In this document: piece by piece, positions 46,771 through 59,500 of the stretch
Numbering within the stretch: the stretch's first letter is position 1
How the letters are laid out: each line of letters starts with the position of its first letter
Source of the DNA: Klebsormidium nitens
Lineage: Eukaryota; Plantae; Klebsormidiophyceae
NCBI GenBank assembly: GCA_000708835.1
Contig: DF237352.1
Span: forward strand, 1 to 64,000
DNA: 64,000 nt
Reading direction: 5' to 3'
Notes under the pieces: model-generated
The model's database searches: none
What the model was told of the DNA's origin: nothing
Seen by the model: the letters and a program-made list of their open reading frames with translations, nothing else
Made by a program: the position numbers and the translations under genes

Positions 46771-49700
46771 TTACTTTCCGGCTCCCCCGAGCCTCAACGC
46801 CTGCAGGATTCGGCCACCCCCAGGTGACGGGTGAGGGCCCTTGTAGTTGCCCAGCTGCACGCGAGTAAACGAAGCATGACGTCATCCTCAAGCAGACTCC
46901 AGTTCACATTGTCACCTCAGTTGGCATCAAGGTCTGGAAAAATGCGTCTAACTAGTGCGGGTCCAAGAACTCGATCCTTTGCGCTCAGAAGGCTGACCTG
47001 ATCAAGCTACAGAATAACCGCCGGGTTTCGTGTTTCAAACTTTAGCCAAACAAAAGAATTGCCGGACACGTCCTCGACTGAGTCTGCTACACGATGTCAG
47101 TCTCTGCCAAACGTACGCTTTGCTGTCGCGAATAAATAGTCTCAGGTCGGGAACAAGAAGTAAAAGCACACAGCAAGAGCGCTCACCTGCGCTTCGGAGT
47201 TTGCCTTTGCTAAAGCCACCAGTCTTTCTTGAGCGGCTTGAATGTTCTCGGGCTGCAAAAGAAGGAGAGAGACTCAGAACGACACAGAAGGATGCTGGGA
47301 AAGGAGTAGACGGCGGGTGTGAAGAAGCTGCAGCCGGTGGTCTTGTATTGATTCAACCAGATTACAGGGCTTCAGAATCTTGATGATTCAACGTTTTGAG
47401 AAGTCGGGGGCGTTTCTGGAACACAGTATGCTTGAGAGGGCATAAACGGACGGCATTCACAGGAAGGCAACTACTGCCGACGCTCGTCGTCTCGGTGAGC
47501 ACGTGGCAGTTGCTGACATCAGCACTCAGCGGTGGGCCGCGGCAAATTGTATTCAAAAGTCGCTCTGTGGAGTTGCTGCAGATGCATCAGCGTGCGCGCA
47601 ATACACGCAAAGGACGGCACAAATCTTATAAACGACGGTGTTTACACGATCTGGTATAGTATAGTATGCAGTTGACCGAAATGCGGAACAAGGACGTGAA
47701 GATACGCGGTCTGCATGCTTAAGGGACCGGATTGCCAGGCCAGAAAGAAGAGCGCCGCCAGAGTGAAACTGCATCTCGCAGACATCCACAAATCTCTTTC
47801 TTTTTGAGCTTTATATTGTGTATACTTCTCTTCCTTCCTCCTGACGTGATCGAAGAGAGCAACCCGCCTTGCCCGACCACGTATTGAGCGCCCTTCAGTC
47901 GGTCGGGAGGCGTCGTTCATGCTTTTGAAAGACTGGCTCGTCAGCTTCCGGGTTTCGAAGTTCTCGAATGTCGGAAGAAACCCTAAGATTGAATGAGAGA
48001 AACGCTGAATGAGAAGACAAAATCAGCTCACCTTGCGGACCACGTCTTGAGCGTGCTCGACTGGAGCGCCCTGTCGCACCAGACCAGCTTTTCTCTCATT
48101 TTCCCAGCTTTCGAGACAACGAATTTCAAAGAGAGACGAAACCACTCTTTCTATCGAGAAACAAACCGAGTTCGCAGAGAGACTAGCTCACCTTGCCCGA
48201 CCACGTCTTGAGCGTGCTCGACTGAAGAGCCCGTCCGTAGGAGAAGGTGAGCGACCAGGGGTAAGGGCCGTACGCTTGGAGGGCGTTCAGGTTCAGTGTT
48301 GCCTCCTCTTCGCTCATGCCCCCGGACAAGAAATGGATGCCTGCGGGTGGAAATTCGAAGTTTGAGCAACTGCGTACGAGAAGTTGCACCAGGTATCTGA
48401 GGATGTTAACAGGTGAGTTGGAGCTATCGGACGGCTCACAGAATTGCCCCTTACAACCCGCCCTCAGGACTCAAGCTCGTTAGTGTGCTCACGACATGCA
48501 GCAAGACGCCCGATTTACGAGGCTGCACGGGGCGATATGCGTTCTATTTACCTACTCGCTGCTCTGCCTGCCTGGACGAGGCACCGCAAGGCTGAAGGTG
48601 AAGCGCGAGCGTGATACTTTCGTTACTCAGGAGGCTTCACAACTCTATCCGCTGACTGCAGCGCTTATATAGTCGCTGATGTCACTGATACTCCTGTCAC
48701 GGTGACACTCAAGTCATCCAAGATCAAATCACAAAGTCTGGTATCTTCTGAAGCAACCTTGCCTATCTTCTGTCGATATTATTTTGTGCATTGCCCCCGG
48801 CGCATCAAGACACCGAACGAAAGGGTTCGAGAATCTCATAGGACTGTCCACACCGTGCAGCAACGCAAAGGCCGCAAGAGGAGGAAAAGGGAGCACACGC
48901 CACCTACTTTTGAATAGATCTATGAAGTCAAGTAAACAGCTTTTAAGGTCTTAACAAATTGAAAAGCACAGAAAGCACCCGGCGGCACTCACTGGGGACT
49001 GCGGCAGGGACGCTCCGGAGCATGGTCCGGACGGTGTACTTTGCGACCTCCTCGGGGGAGGGGGTCGAGACGTCGAGGCCGGGCAGGATCATGTTGGGCT
49101 TCAGAAGGATGCCCTCCAACATGACGTCATACTCGTTGAGCAGCCGGAAGGTGTGGCTGTTCACCTTCTCGCTGATGTAAGCGGTGCGCTCGATGCTGCG
49201 GGGAAAGAGTTTACCGGGCAATGGTCAGGGCACGCTCTATAAGACCCATTAAGAGGGTCGGACACTGTCCCAATGCAGAGGAAGAGAACCGCGTGATGAG
49301 AGGTTGATGGAGGATCACCAAAATCACGATCCGTGTCGAAGTGTTTCTGACCTAATCTTGAGGTGCATGACCCGCAAGTTGGCCGCACATTTTCGGAGTC
49401 CACCTATTCTTCCTCACTATGTCTTCGCTCCATCCAGAGCGCTCGTAAAGCTCTGCGCACTACAACCATCAGCAGAGAGGGGAAAGGCTGGCAACATCCT
49501 AAGAAAAAGGTCTTCGTCCCTGATCAAGTTCCACACAGAATGGAAACAGCATCGTAACCCATTTCCATACCTGTAGTCCCCCTCGCCCAGCGTCACTTCC
49601 GGTTCCACGATCGGCACCAGCCCGTTGGCCTGGCAGATCTGCGCATAGCGCGCGAGCGCGTGGCAGTTTTCTAGAATGGCCGTCGAGGACGGGTGCACCG

Positions 49701-52119
49701 AGCTGTCAACTTTCAGGACTGCGCGCCATTTTGCAAAGCGGGCACCTTGAGCATAGTACCTGGAAATCAGGGGTTTTCGGAGTTCTAGCATTTGGCGAAG
49801 CACGGCTTTGAGTGTAGTACCTATGGGGGGTTTTGGAATCTTGGTGTACAAAGGGTCGAACTAGTTGTGATGGTCGATTGACTTTATACTAAACGACCTT
49901 CTTCCCAGATTTGTGCACGCAAGCAATTGTGAAGTCTTGAAATGCTTGGCTTGAATTCGGAGGTGGTCCGGAGGCAGTGCTTCCGGCATTTCATTATTTG
50001 GTGATTGTCAGCTCGCAGTTTGTGCAAAGAGTCTGTCCTGAATCTGGCGCTGGATCCCTGCCTGGCCCAATCAAGTGGAAACCATGAACATCTCATGTCT
50101 ATGCAAAGTACAAAGAGTCCAAGCGTTTCAGCACAACGGCTTCACGAACTGTGATTCCAAGCTCGTCCGTTGCACAGAAACCTTCACGAGACTCTTGGAA
50201 CTGACAGACTGCGACTATTTTTCATGCAAGAAACCTGACTTCTTTTGCCCTTACTTTTTGCAACGGTCAGCCAGCCCGTCCAGCCCCTGCGTCGACGTCT
50301 CCCCGTCGGTCCCGTAGATTGGCTGCAGCCCCGTATCGACCTTGATCCCTGGCACAATCCCCTGCTTCTGGAGGATCTCAACGAACGGAACGCCGTCCGC
50401 GGACGACTGGAACAGCGTCTCGTCGAAGAGAATTGCACCGCTAATGTACTGCCCGAGCCCAGGGGCGGTGTAGAGGAGCTGGCGCCAGTCACGGCGGTTG
50501 TCCTCGGTATTCTCGATGCCCACGCTTCCAAGCCTGCACACATGAGGTGTGGTAATTTCAGGAGGTCAGTAAGATGTGGGTCCATCATAATGTTTGGCTG
50601 CTGTATCTGACTTAGCCGGCTCTAGGGCTGGCTTTGTGCTCACATCCGGTGCTGACAGCCAAGAGGGGGCTTGAGCTTCACAGTTATTTCAGTTGCAAGA
50701 GGGTCGCTAGGCATATCTTGGATTGAATTGACATGCAAAATTGACCGGCTATGAGGGTAAGCAAAAGCGACCTTTGTGCAAACTTGCACCCAATGCCCAA
50801 AGTGAATTGAGTCTGCGTTGATGGGGAAGCGATTCAAGGAATGGACGAACAGCAAGCGCATTGGCAGGTGCTTATAATGTCAGTGTTTGGCCCAGGAGTT
50901 CAAAGAGGCCTTTCAGCTGAAAGTAGACCCCTCTCAGATGCTCTTACTTCTAAGCACGTTGTCGCTGAGCAGCAGTCTCAAACATGTGCCGCTTTACTCG
51001 TGACACCTATTTGTCCCACTCGTAGGGCAGTAGATCCCTGCGCAGTATCATTGATCTCCAAAGAAGAGGCTTATGGAGAATGTCTGTCGCTTTGTTTGAC
51101 ACCCTTGACTTTGCCGAGCTGACTGTCGGAAAACGCACAACTTCCAGGGATATTGAGTCTAGTCAACTGCCTGTCTAAGACCAGAACCCTAATCTGAGAA
51201 CCCTAGAGTTTTGGCTCACCGCTTCCCCGTCGTCACGTTGCTCTCGTCCGACGCCAAAATGCCCTTCCCGGGCGCGCCAATGTAAGCGGCCGTCTTGCGC
51301 AACTCCTCCGCATACTGGTTCTCTTTCTCGAAAGCGGTTGTCATCATAATGCCTGGCCGGCCAGCAGAGGCCTTCCTGGCGGGCAGGATAGCCCTGCCGG
51401 CCAATGAGAGGCTGCCAGCTGGCGCCGCACCCACGAAGGTGGAGGCTGCAGAAGAGGGGTAATATGAAGGTGAGTGGCTTGGGAAATGTTGTAACGTCAT
51501 GTTGATGGGCGAGTAGAATACGAAGGGGTTCGTCACGTATTCGAATGGGGTGGATACGTGTATTGGTCAAGGTGGGTGCGGGTGCCAAGGGGCAAATCAC
51601 AAGACTGGGAATTTAAGGGTTGCTCATTTTCTAATCTCAAAGTAAATTCACTACCCCAAAACTGGTTCCACAGATAGGGTTTCATAGTCGAGATTTGCAG
51701 GGCACAAGCAATCCTGACGTGGCCTGTGAACTACTTCAGGCCTGAATGTAAAACTCTGGTCAACAGGAGGTTGCGACTACGCAAATAGCAATGAAAGCAC
51801 CGGGCGTATGGACACAAAAGCATAATGTCAGCGTTCAGAAAGGCACAGTTGACATGGAGCGGTGGCTGATCATAATGCCGCCTGCTGAGCAGATCTTGCC
51901 AATCTCTGTAATGTACCAATGTTTTGGTGAATGCCTACAATGCTGACATCCCTCACATTGCTCCTGACACGAGCAATGTGAAACCTAAGCAGTTTGAGAA
52001 AGGTGGCAGCTAACAGGTATTTCCATGAGCAGCAATGCGGGATTTTCAAGCAGAACAATACCTTGAAGACTGCTCTGCTTAAGCGCAGACCCCTGCGCCA
52101 TCTGTGCCGCCGACGCCAT
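46771..52119 (-). CDS. FBA: Class I fructose-bisphosphate aldolase, plastid-targeted, 8 exons, 417 aa
   Basis: Exons 52119-52062, 51445-51220, 50533-50255, 49759-49571, 49195-48993, 48340-48192, 47252-47187 and 46854-46771 are all phase-consistent. Motifs: [39 protein letters not shown] (Schiff-base Lys), [13 protein letters not shown]. The N-terminus is an Ala/Ser-rich transit-like peptide. Confidence 0.97.
47862..48080 (-). repeat. Two decaying copies of the 3' end and donor of aldolase exon 48340-48192
   Basis: gctcaccttgcggaccacgtcttgagcgtgctcgactg at 48026 and ccttgcccgaccacgtattgagcg at 47867, versus the exon end at 48186. Confidence 0.85.
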
Positions 52120-52804
52120 TGTTGTGGAACCGCTAGCCCTCTGTTTTCTAGTGCGGCGTCGCGCCTCAGAGCTAGGGCAACAACACACGTAAGCACTGTT
52201 CCCTCTTGGGCTCCAAAACGCTGTTGGTCCCGCGATCAATGCAAAGAGATTTGAGAAGACTTTGCTCGTGGAAAGAGTTTGGTGCATTGCAATTTGCAGC
52301 ATGGGAAACAGTGTTGTTGTTGTCAAACGTGAGGTCACAATCTCGCTCAAGTTGTCCTCAAGAGCCGCTCCTAAACAAAACGTCTGGCTCACGTTGCTCG
52401 AGCGCAGTGACGTCATGTCAATCGGGCGCCGTCCAAAAGCTGCCCCATCCGAATCTGACGGTCCTAGGCTTACGAAGCAGAGCCACATGTCATGCTACAA
52501 TTGGTTAAGCTGGTGATGATCGTTGCTTACGCACTCCCCCTCAAAACGGGAGAAATCAGAAATCAAGCCTGCTGCTCCCGTCTCACCAGCCATTTCAATT
52601 TTCATCAGCACCAGGCCTTCAACTTCAAGTTGTCTCACTTGAGCAAGGCGCGAAACATTGCTAGGAATCTCTGCTAGGAATCTCAATCACAGCTAGAGGG
52701 AGGGAACTTTACTGTTTGCCTACCTAGCTTCAAGTTGTCGTCTGAGTCTTCCAGTTCTCAATGTCGGCAGGCCGCCTGTAGGGTGCAAGAAGCGGTACAT
52801 TGTG

Positions 52805-55253
52805 ATGGCCCGCACCAAAGCGACCGCGCGGCGGGAGTTCTCCAAGCGAAACCCTGCGTCCTCTTACGGCATCCAGAGGGATCAAACCACTCTGCAGAAA
52901 GCGCAACCGACCAAGACAAGCAATGCCAAAAAGAAAGCTGCAACCAAACCAGCTGCCAAGCCGGCAAAAGGGGTGAGCAGCGTTGTGCTTTGTGGGTCAG
53001 TCCAAGAAGAGTGAGCTTCTCCTTTGATGAGAGTTTTCAGTGGCTGAAAGTGGTTGATTGCATCGAGGGTGCATCGAGTGCAAGGTGCACTTAATGAGCT
53101 GGTGACTCCACCCAAATCGAGTCTGATCATCACGTTGCACGGCAAGCCTTGGAGCACACTATGAGAGTTCCGGCAGCTTGGAAAGCTTACGATGCCCAAT
53201 CAGGTCCTGACCGACCAAAGTCTTTCATTAGCGCGTACCTTGGGACTATGTTCCACCTCTGGCTGGCTGTAGAGCAACTGCCAGGAACCAATGGAGCAAT
53301 GGAACGATGGAGGTATTGAAGCAACAGAATCACCAAACGCTGGTGATCTGCAATCAGCTTGCAGTCCAATTAGGCAGTTGGACTGCTCCAAGAACTCAAG
53401 ATGTGCAAACGCGCTCTTCTTGTAGCAAGCTGCCATGTCTTCAAGCTGATGAAAAGCATACTTTGCATATACTACTATACCAGTTTCTTCACCAGACCTT
53501 CCAGATTCTGACGTGGGCTGCATCGGTGACTATGCAACTGCGGTGCCACATCCTACAGAAACCAGCAGCGAAAACCAACAACTCCTGCAGAGTCTGATCA
53601 AAACTGGTCCATTTGAAGATGCTGGTTATTGTAGCTGCTGATGGAGCTTGCAGGGCCTTGTTGAACCACTGTTGGAGAGATGATAACCGACCTTCTGTTT
53701 CATGTTCTTCTCTCTGCAGGGAAGGAAAGCTTCTACAAGTGTTGTTGGAGAGTACTCTCTGAAGGTGACCGAGGAGCGCAGCAGCGGGGTACGTGTTCTT
53801 TTGTCTTCCCTCCCGATTCCACTTTGTTAGATTCCCCATGCATACTGGTACTTTTCTGGTTCCTCCTTTTCTTTTTCCTGAGTAGCTGCCTCAAAAGACT
53901 TTTTGAACCGGACAGGTGTGAACCACAGCCGTCGATAAGCAGCATCCAAAAAGCAAGTCATAAGGCCAGTCTTGATTCACCACTTGCTGGGCTTCCTCTG
54001 TTAGAGAGGCTGAATCTGCATTGGCAGCCGCTGCTTGTCGTAGTGGACCAGGCGACCCAGATATAAAGTGCGCTTGGACTCGAATTTGTGGATTGAGCTG
54101 TTGCACGCTGACTTGAGAAAGACCTGTCTTGGAGCTCGTACAATCAGCACAATTTTGTTCCTGATAAATCAGAGGGTGTCTGTAGCCTTCATTACCACAT
54201 CTATTAAATGATTTAGTGATTGGGTGTAAGCCCAGTCTTGAAATATTCTCTCCGACTATTTCTCTCTCCTGCTCCGGTCAGATATCTTCAATATAGTTGC
54301 AAGGGTGGAGTCCCGTTTCAGGGTTTGGGGAGTTTATTGTGCCACTGGCGCTTTTTGATGCTGCCCAAATGCAGCACGATCCTAGTTGTGATAAAACATG
54401 AAAGAGACATGAAGTGTTCGAAAAAGGATTCTTGAGAGCAGCTGAGAGGAACTGAGACTTTGCAGTGTTTTGCAGGGCATGTTTGGGAGCTACGAGGCGG
54501 ATGATGAAGATTCGGAGGAGTATTCCATGTCCGTATTTGAAAGCGGGGGGCACACCTGGGCGCGGTTTGAGCTGGAGACTGTGGAGGGTTGTGCCAAGTT
54601 CGGAAAGCGCACCGTCAGCAAGGGGCAGGTAAGGAATGCATATGAGTTCGCGGCCATTAGGGTCGGCCACTCTGCCTGGTTCTTCTGGAGTGCTGAGAAC
54701 AAGTACGGAAGACGTTCCGCAGACAAGAAAAACTTTCTTCCTTTTCCATGCACCCATGACTTTCTCTGCAGGAGAGTTGGTGAAAGGAGCCACTGTGATT
54801 TATTAAGGAGACACAGTGCGAGGGATCTTCTGATAATCGGTAGACTTTTGTCAGAGCTCCGTTTTTGGCTCCCGATCCAACATCAGAAGTTGAAACGCAG
54901 GACACCTCGGTTTCTGCCGGCTCTGGTTTCTTTAACCTAATACTACAGTAGCAAGACCAACTTTTCACCACTCGTTTTCAGGACTTATGACGTGCTCTTC
55001 TTTGCAGACAACGTATGCTTACCAATGGCGCGGGCGGGAGACTGGCGAAGGCGAGATTCAGTGCGCCAGCGATCAAAAGGGCACGTTCAAGTTCCACGGC
55101 GATAAAATCGAGGGAACGATGAAGACTCCTTTTGGTGATCTCATTCTGACGGGGGAGAAGGTCTCAGACGAGCCCGATGAGAAGAGTGCGTCCATGTGGG
55201 ACTACTGCACCGAGGAGCAGCATGAAGTGGAGCGCGTGAATAGGTGGAAGTGA
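52805..55253 (+). CDS. 211-aa protein with an H3-tail-like N-terminus and a WRGRETGEGEI-type beta-rich domain
   Basis: Exons 52805-52972, 53720-53788, 54476-54628 and 55008-55253 are all phase 0 with canonical GT-AG. The protein starts MARTKATARR and ends ...YQWRGRETGEGEIQ...WDYCTEEQHEVERVNRWK*. Confidence 0.75.
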
Positions 55254-56566
55254 TGAGGAATCTGTGCAATTGTCAGCTAGTATTCTTATAGAGGAAAAGC
55301 GAGCCTGGATAAATTTTTTCCACGTTCTTGAATCTTACTTAATGCGGCAAGTCTTGACAGTACCATCTTGAGATCGATTTCAAAGGTTAGCAGGTTCCAG
55401 TACATGGTAGGATTGATTGCTTGAAACTGTACATGGTAGGAAAGTTCGCTCAGTGCGGAACCGGCCGCGAGTTTTGTAGCTCACGACCAGATTCTTCCAA
55501 GAACGTGGAACATACATGGTCGATCAGAACTGTTCTAATGCGCGAGGCATTTCAGCTGGGCAGACGCTAAGCTTCTGCCTTTTTCGAAAGGACGTCATTT
55601 GCATAACCCTTTCGAAGGCACGTAAATGCATAACCCTTTACCAATCATTCACCGGCCGTATGGCCGCCCCGGCCGTGACCGAGCGCAACTAGCTGAGCCT
55701 ATCTTCCGACGTACGTGTCGTAATGACGGTGAATGTCAACCGCCGCCTCCGACCAGTACTTTACTAATAGAATCTCTTTTCCGATTTGTGCCCATGTGTG
55801 TAGGGCTAAGTTCGACAGACGATATGCAGAATTGCATCGTACGAGCCATCACCCTTGTGGATTGTTTGCGGACCGTCAACCCTCCACAAGGCTTGAGCTA
55901 CAGCCTGTGAGTCATAGGCCATATGTACATGGGCATTGCTAACGATTATTTTGGGCACGGATCAGATCGTGAAAAGCTAGAATAGCTGGCTTGATCGAAG
56001 GCATCGATCAATCTGCATAAACCAAAAGGATCGATCGTTGGAATGTTAGAAGAGCACGTAGATTGATATAATCGTACAGCTAGCGCAATCGATGGAATGC
56101 AAAAGAGACGGTCTGTATACCCAAGTCGTCCCAATCGGATCCCGTACAGTCGCTATACACGGGCCAGTTTTCATTTGGTCCACATGAACACGGATCGGTA
56201 TCATGGAATGTCTCGTGCGTCCGCGTTCCGCTACGTCTGCGCAGTCATAGTCGAGCGTTCTTGCCGGGTGGTACATATTTGATTGAACTTACTTGATCAC
56301 TTTCCTCCACTATCTTTCTACTGATGCAATAAGTAAACTGGCCCGTTGCAGCCGCGCTTAAGTTACAGTTTGAACGGTCGATCATCCACCTAACTTCTCA
56401 ATGGCCGGAGCCTGCACTCCTTATACTTGTTTTCTCTTGCGAGACCCACCACCGATAACTTTCTAAACAAAAAAGGGCAGCCTTTCCAGCTGATCGTGCG
56501 CCTTCCAAACGCTGTGGTTGATCTCAAGCGCATATATATCCGAAACCCAACCTCGTGTTACCGCGC

Positions 56567-59500
56567 TCATTGCCTGCCGGAACTGACTTCCACAATCTCC
56601 GGCTCGGGCCTGTGGTTGTCCGACTTCCTGATCGTGGATAGCCTATCGTCCTCCTCATACTCCGGCAGCTTCGCCTTGCCGCGCGCCTTCTTCGCCGCCT
56701 CCGCGGCCGCGGCCGCGGCTTCCTCGGGCGTTGCAACCGTCGCCGCTTCCTCTGCTTCGCTCACGGGCCTGACCATCGCCCGGGGGGTGCCAGCCGACCG
56801 CTTCTTGAAGCAGTGAACATAGACCAGGAGCGCCCCGATGACCATTCCCGGGAACCCGATCCCCATCGCAAGCGAGACCCCCAACCCGATCCCCCAGTGC
56901 CGCGCCGCGTTGTAGTGCCGGGCCGGGGGCGCTGTAACGTTCCCGCCGGACGACCCGTTGCCGTTACCGCTGCCGCTGCCGGTCGGGACGTCCAGGATTG
57001 TCGCGTTGGTGGTGTTTCCGCGGCTCGGGGGGGATCCCACGGTGGGCGAACTAGGCTGGGCGAGAAGGGAGCCGTCCAGTCGGAAGACGCATAAACCGGT
57101 CTGGGTAAGCGACCAGCCGTCGGCGCACTGGGAACAATCGGCGCCGGCGTGACCGGTGAAGCAGTCGCAAACACCGGTGGAGTCGAGGCAGCGGCCCGCG
57201 CCCGCGCACGGCTGCCCGGCGCGGGCCCCCAGGGCGGGGGCGGGGCAGAGCATGGGCACGAATTGGCAGTCCTGGGGAGAAGGAAGGAGTATGAGAGGTG
57301 GAAAACTTGAATGGAGGGCGCGAGGAAGAAATAGCGAGTTCCGATTGCGGAGAAGATGCCCAGAAATAGTGGATTTGTGTCTTCTATCTTGCCGCTTTAG
57401 ATTTGGGTGAATGCAAGTAGCGAGGGGGAAAGTGGAAACGTGCTTCACTTTCGACTGAAACTTCGCGAAAGGGCGTTGGTTCATGATCGTTCTGCCAAAC
57501 GCCTCGGCAGCGCGGTCATTTCATAACGACAGGAGCACTAGTATTTGCAACAAGAAGAGCATATTTTTGATTTCCTCTCAAGAGCGATGTCAAGCATGTT
57601 ACTATCAGCATTTGAAACTCGATCGGTCCGTCACAATATACCAGCTCTCCAAGAAAGAGTTGACTCATAAACTCATGATTTGAAAGGAAAATGCTGAAAC
57701 CCCATACAAACTGCCCGAGCAAGGTCCTGCAATTCTGAAGGATTCCACCTCCGAAAAGCGCACCTCCCAATTCTCTCCACCCACCCAGCCCCTCACCTGG
57801 TAGCAGCAAGCGACCGGTAGGCCAGTCACCGGGTCGGTGTCATTCCCCATTGTCGCGCTTGTTCCCTGCGCGGTGCACCGTTCCCCGAGCTCGCACATGC
57901 CGTTCCCGCAGACGCCCGCCTTTTGCACGTGGGTCACGGCGGTCAGGGCCGCGCCGGACAGCCACAGGTCCTGTCCGTCGGAGTTCTGGCCGACCGACTG
58001 CAGCGGAAGAACGGAAGAGGTTGATTGAAGAGGTTTGTGCTTTTGAACTGAACCGACGACTGAGTACTTAGAGCAGCGCCGAGCAGCCACAGGCTCTGTC
58101 CGTCGGCGTTCTGGCCGACCGGATGGAGCGGAAAACGGAACGGATGAGTTGACGCTTTTCAGAAGGAAGTGCTGGTCAGTGAAGGATAATGCAGGGGCGC
58201 TTCGGACAGCCACAGGCTCTTTCCGGCGGAATTCTGGCCGACCAACTGCAGCGGATAACGGAACGGGTTGAATTCAGCGGTTTGAATGAAGCGACTTGCA
58301 TTAAAGCGGTTTGGAACGAAGCGGTCAGCGTGGGATGAGTGGTTAAGCTGCGCCGAGCAGCCGCAGGCTTTGTCCGTCGGAGTTTCGGCCGATCGAATGC
58401 AGCGGAAGACGGACAGTGGCAAAAGCGGGTTGGATCAAAGCGTCGAACGAAGAACGAACGACGGAACGAAGGAACGAGGGATGAAACAAGAGCCAAAGAC
58501 GTGATCCTCTCTGAAAGTTAAATTGGCGACGGGCTCCTTCAGGCGGCGCTCGGGTAGTCTGCCCCCAGCCAAAAGGACCCGCTTAGAGCAGGTCCGATTG
58601 GCCAAGCACGAAAAAAGGCCCCCTTTGAGATGCATCGAAAGAAGTAAGCATCCAAAGGAGAGCACAACCTCCATTATTACGAATGCAAAATTGAGGAACT
58701 TCTTAGAGAAGTACGATTCACCCAGATAAGGACACGGAAAATGCAGTCATCTGAGAAACAAGTCGAATCATCTTACGAGACCCAACAATCAGCCACAGGG
58801 GCTCCAAGGTTTTTGTAACCACAAGGAACCAAGGTCGGATCGCAAAATGGTCCAGCCCAACCTTAATCTCAAAACCTAAAACTCTAAAACTCCCTTTACC
58901 AGCGTCAAAGCTGCTTGAGTCGCGGCCGCGTGTGTGATCACGGCTCCCGCGGTCAGCCCAACTGCGGAAACAGTGCTCTCAATGGCCAGCAGGTCGCCGT
59001 TGCTGTTATCTACGGCCATGCTGCGGACGGCGACACCCTCGAGCGCGACGCCGACCGCGGCCGCGAGCTGCAAGAGCAAAACGGGGTTTGAAGATCGGCT
59101 TAAGAATCGGCCAGCGACAGGCAGAGCGGAGTGGGACAAATTTGCAGGCGGAAGCTGCTGAAGCTTTGAACTTTTGAAAATTGCTACAGTACCTCACGAG
59201 CCTTTGTGCTAAGAAAACTTGATTGCAGATGCACTTCTTCCGATAAGCGGAATCAGTCCCAGCCAGTCTCAGAAAAAAACTCCCGCTTTCTGTTCCCGGA
59301 CTCCATGCTCAAGATTTGCAATCCTTCGAAGCTCAGACCGTTTGCCTTGACCAAACAGAACAGCTCTTTCACGTTGACCAGACTCTTGTCACAACTTCGA
59401 CCAAAGGGATTACGGAGATTCGGGTTGAAACGGAGAAGCCGAAGTCAGCCGAAGGGCTTCTCGATCTCACAAAAGTTTTGCCTGACTCTTTTCCAAAATC

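Noticed and set aside
52805-53014. CENH3 or histone H3 gene
   Set aside because: Only the first 10 residues resemble H3; no histone-fold sequence appears in any downstream exon.
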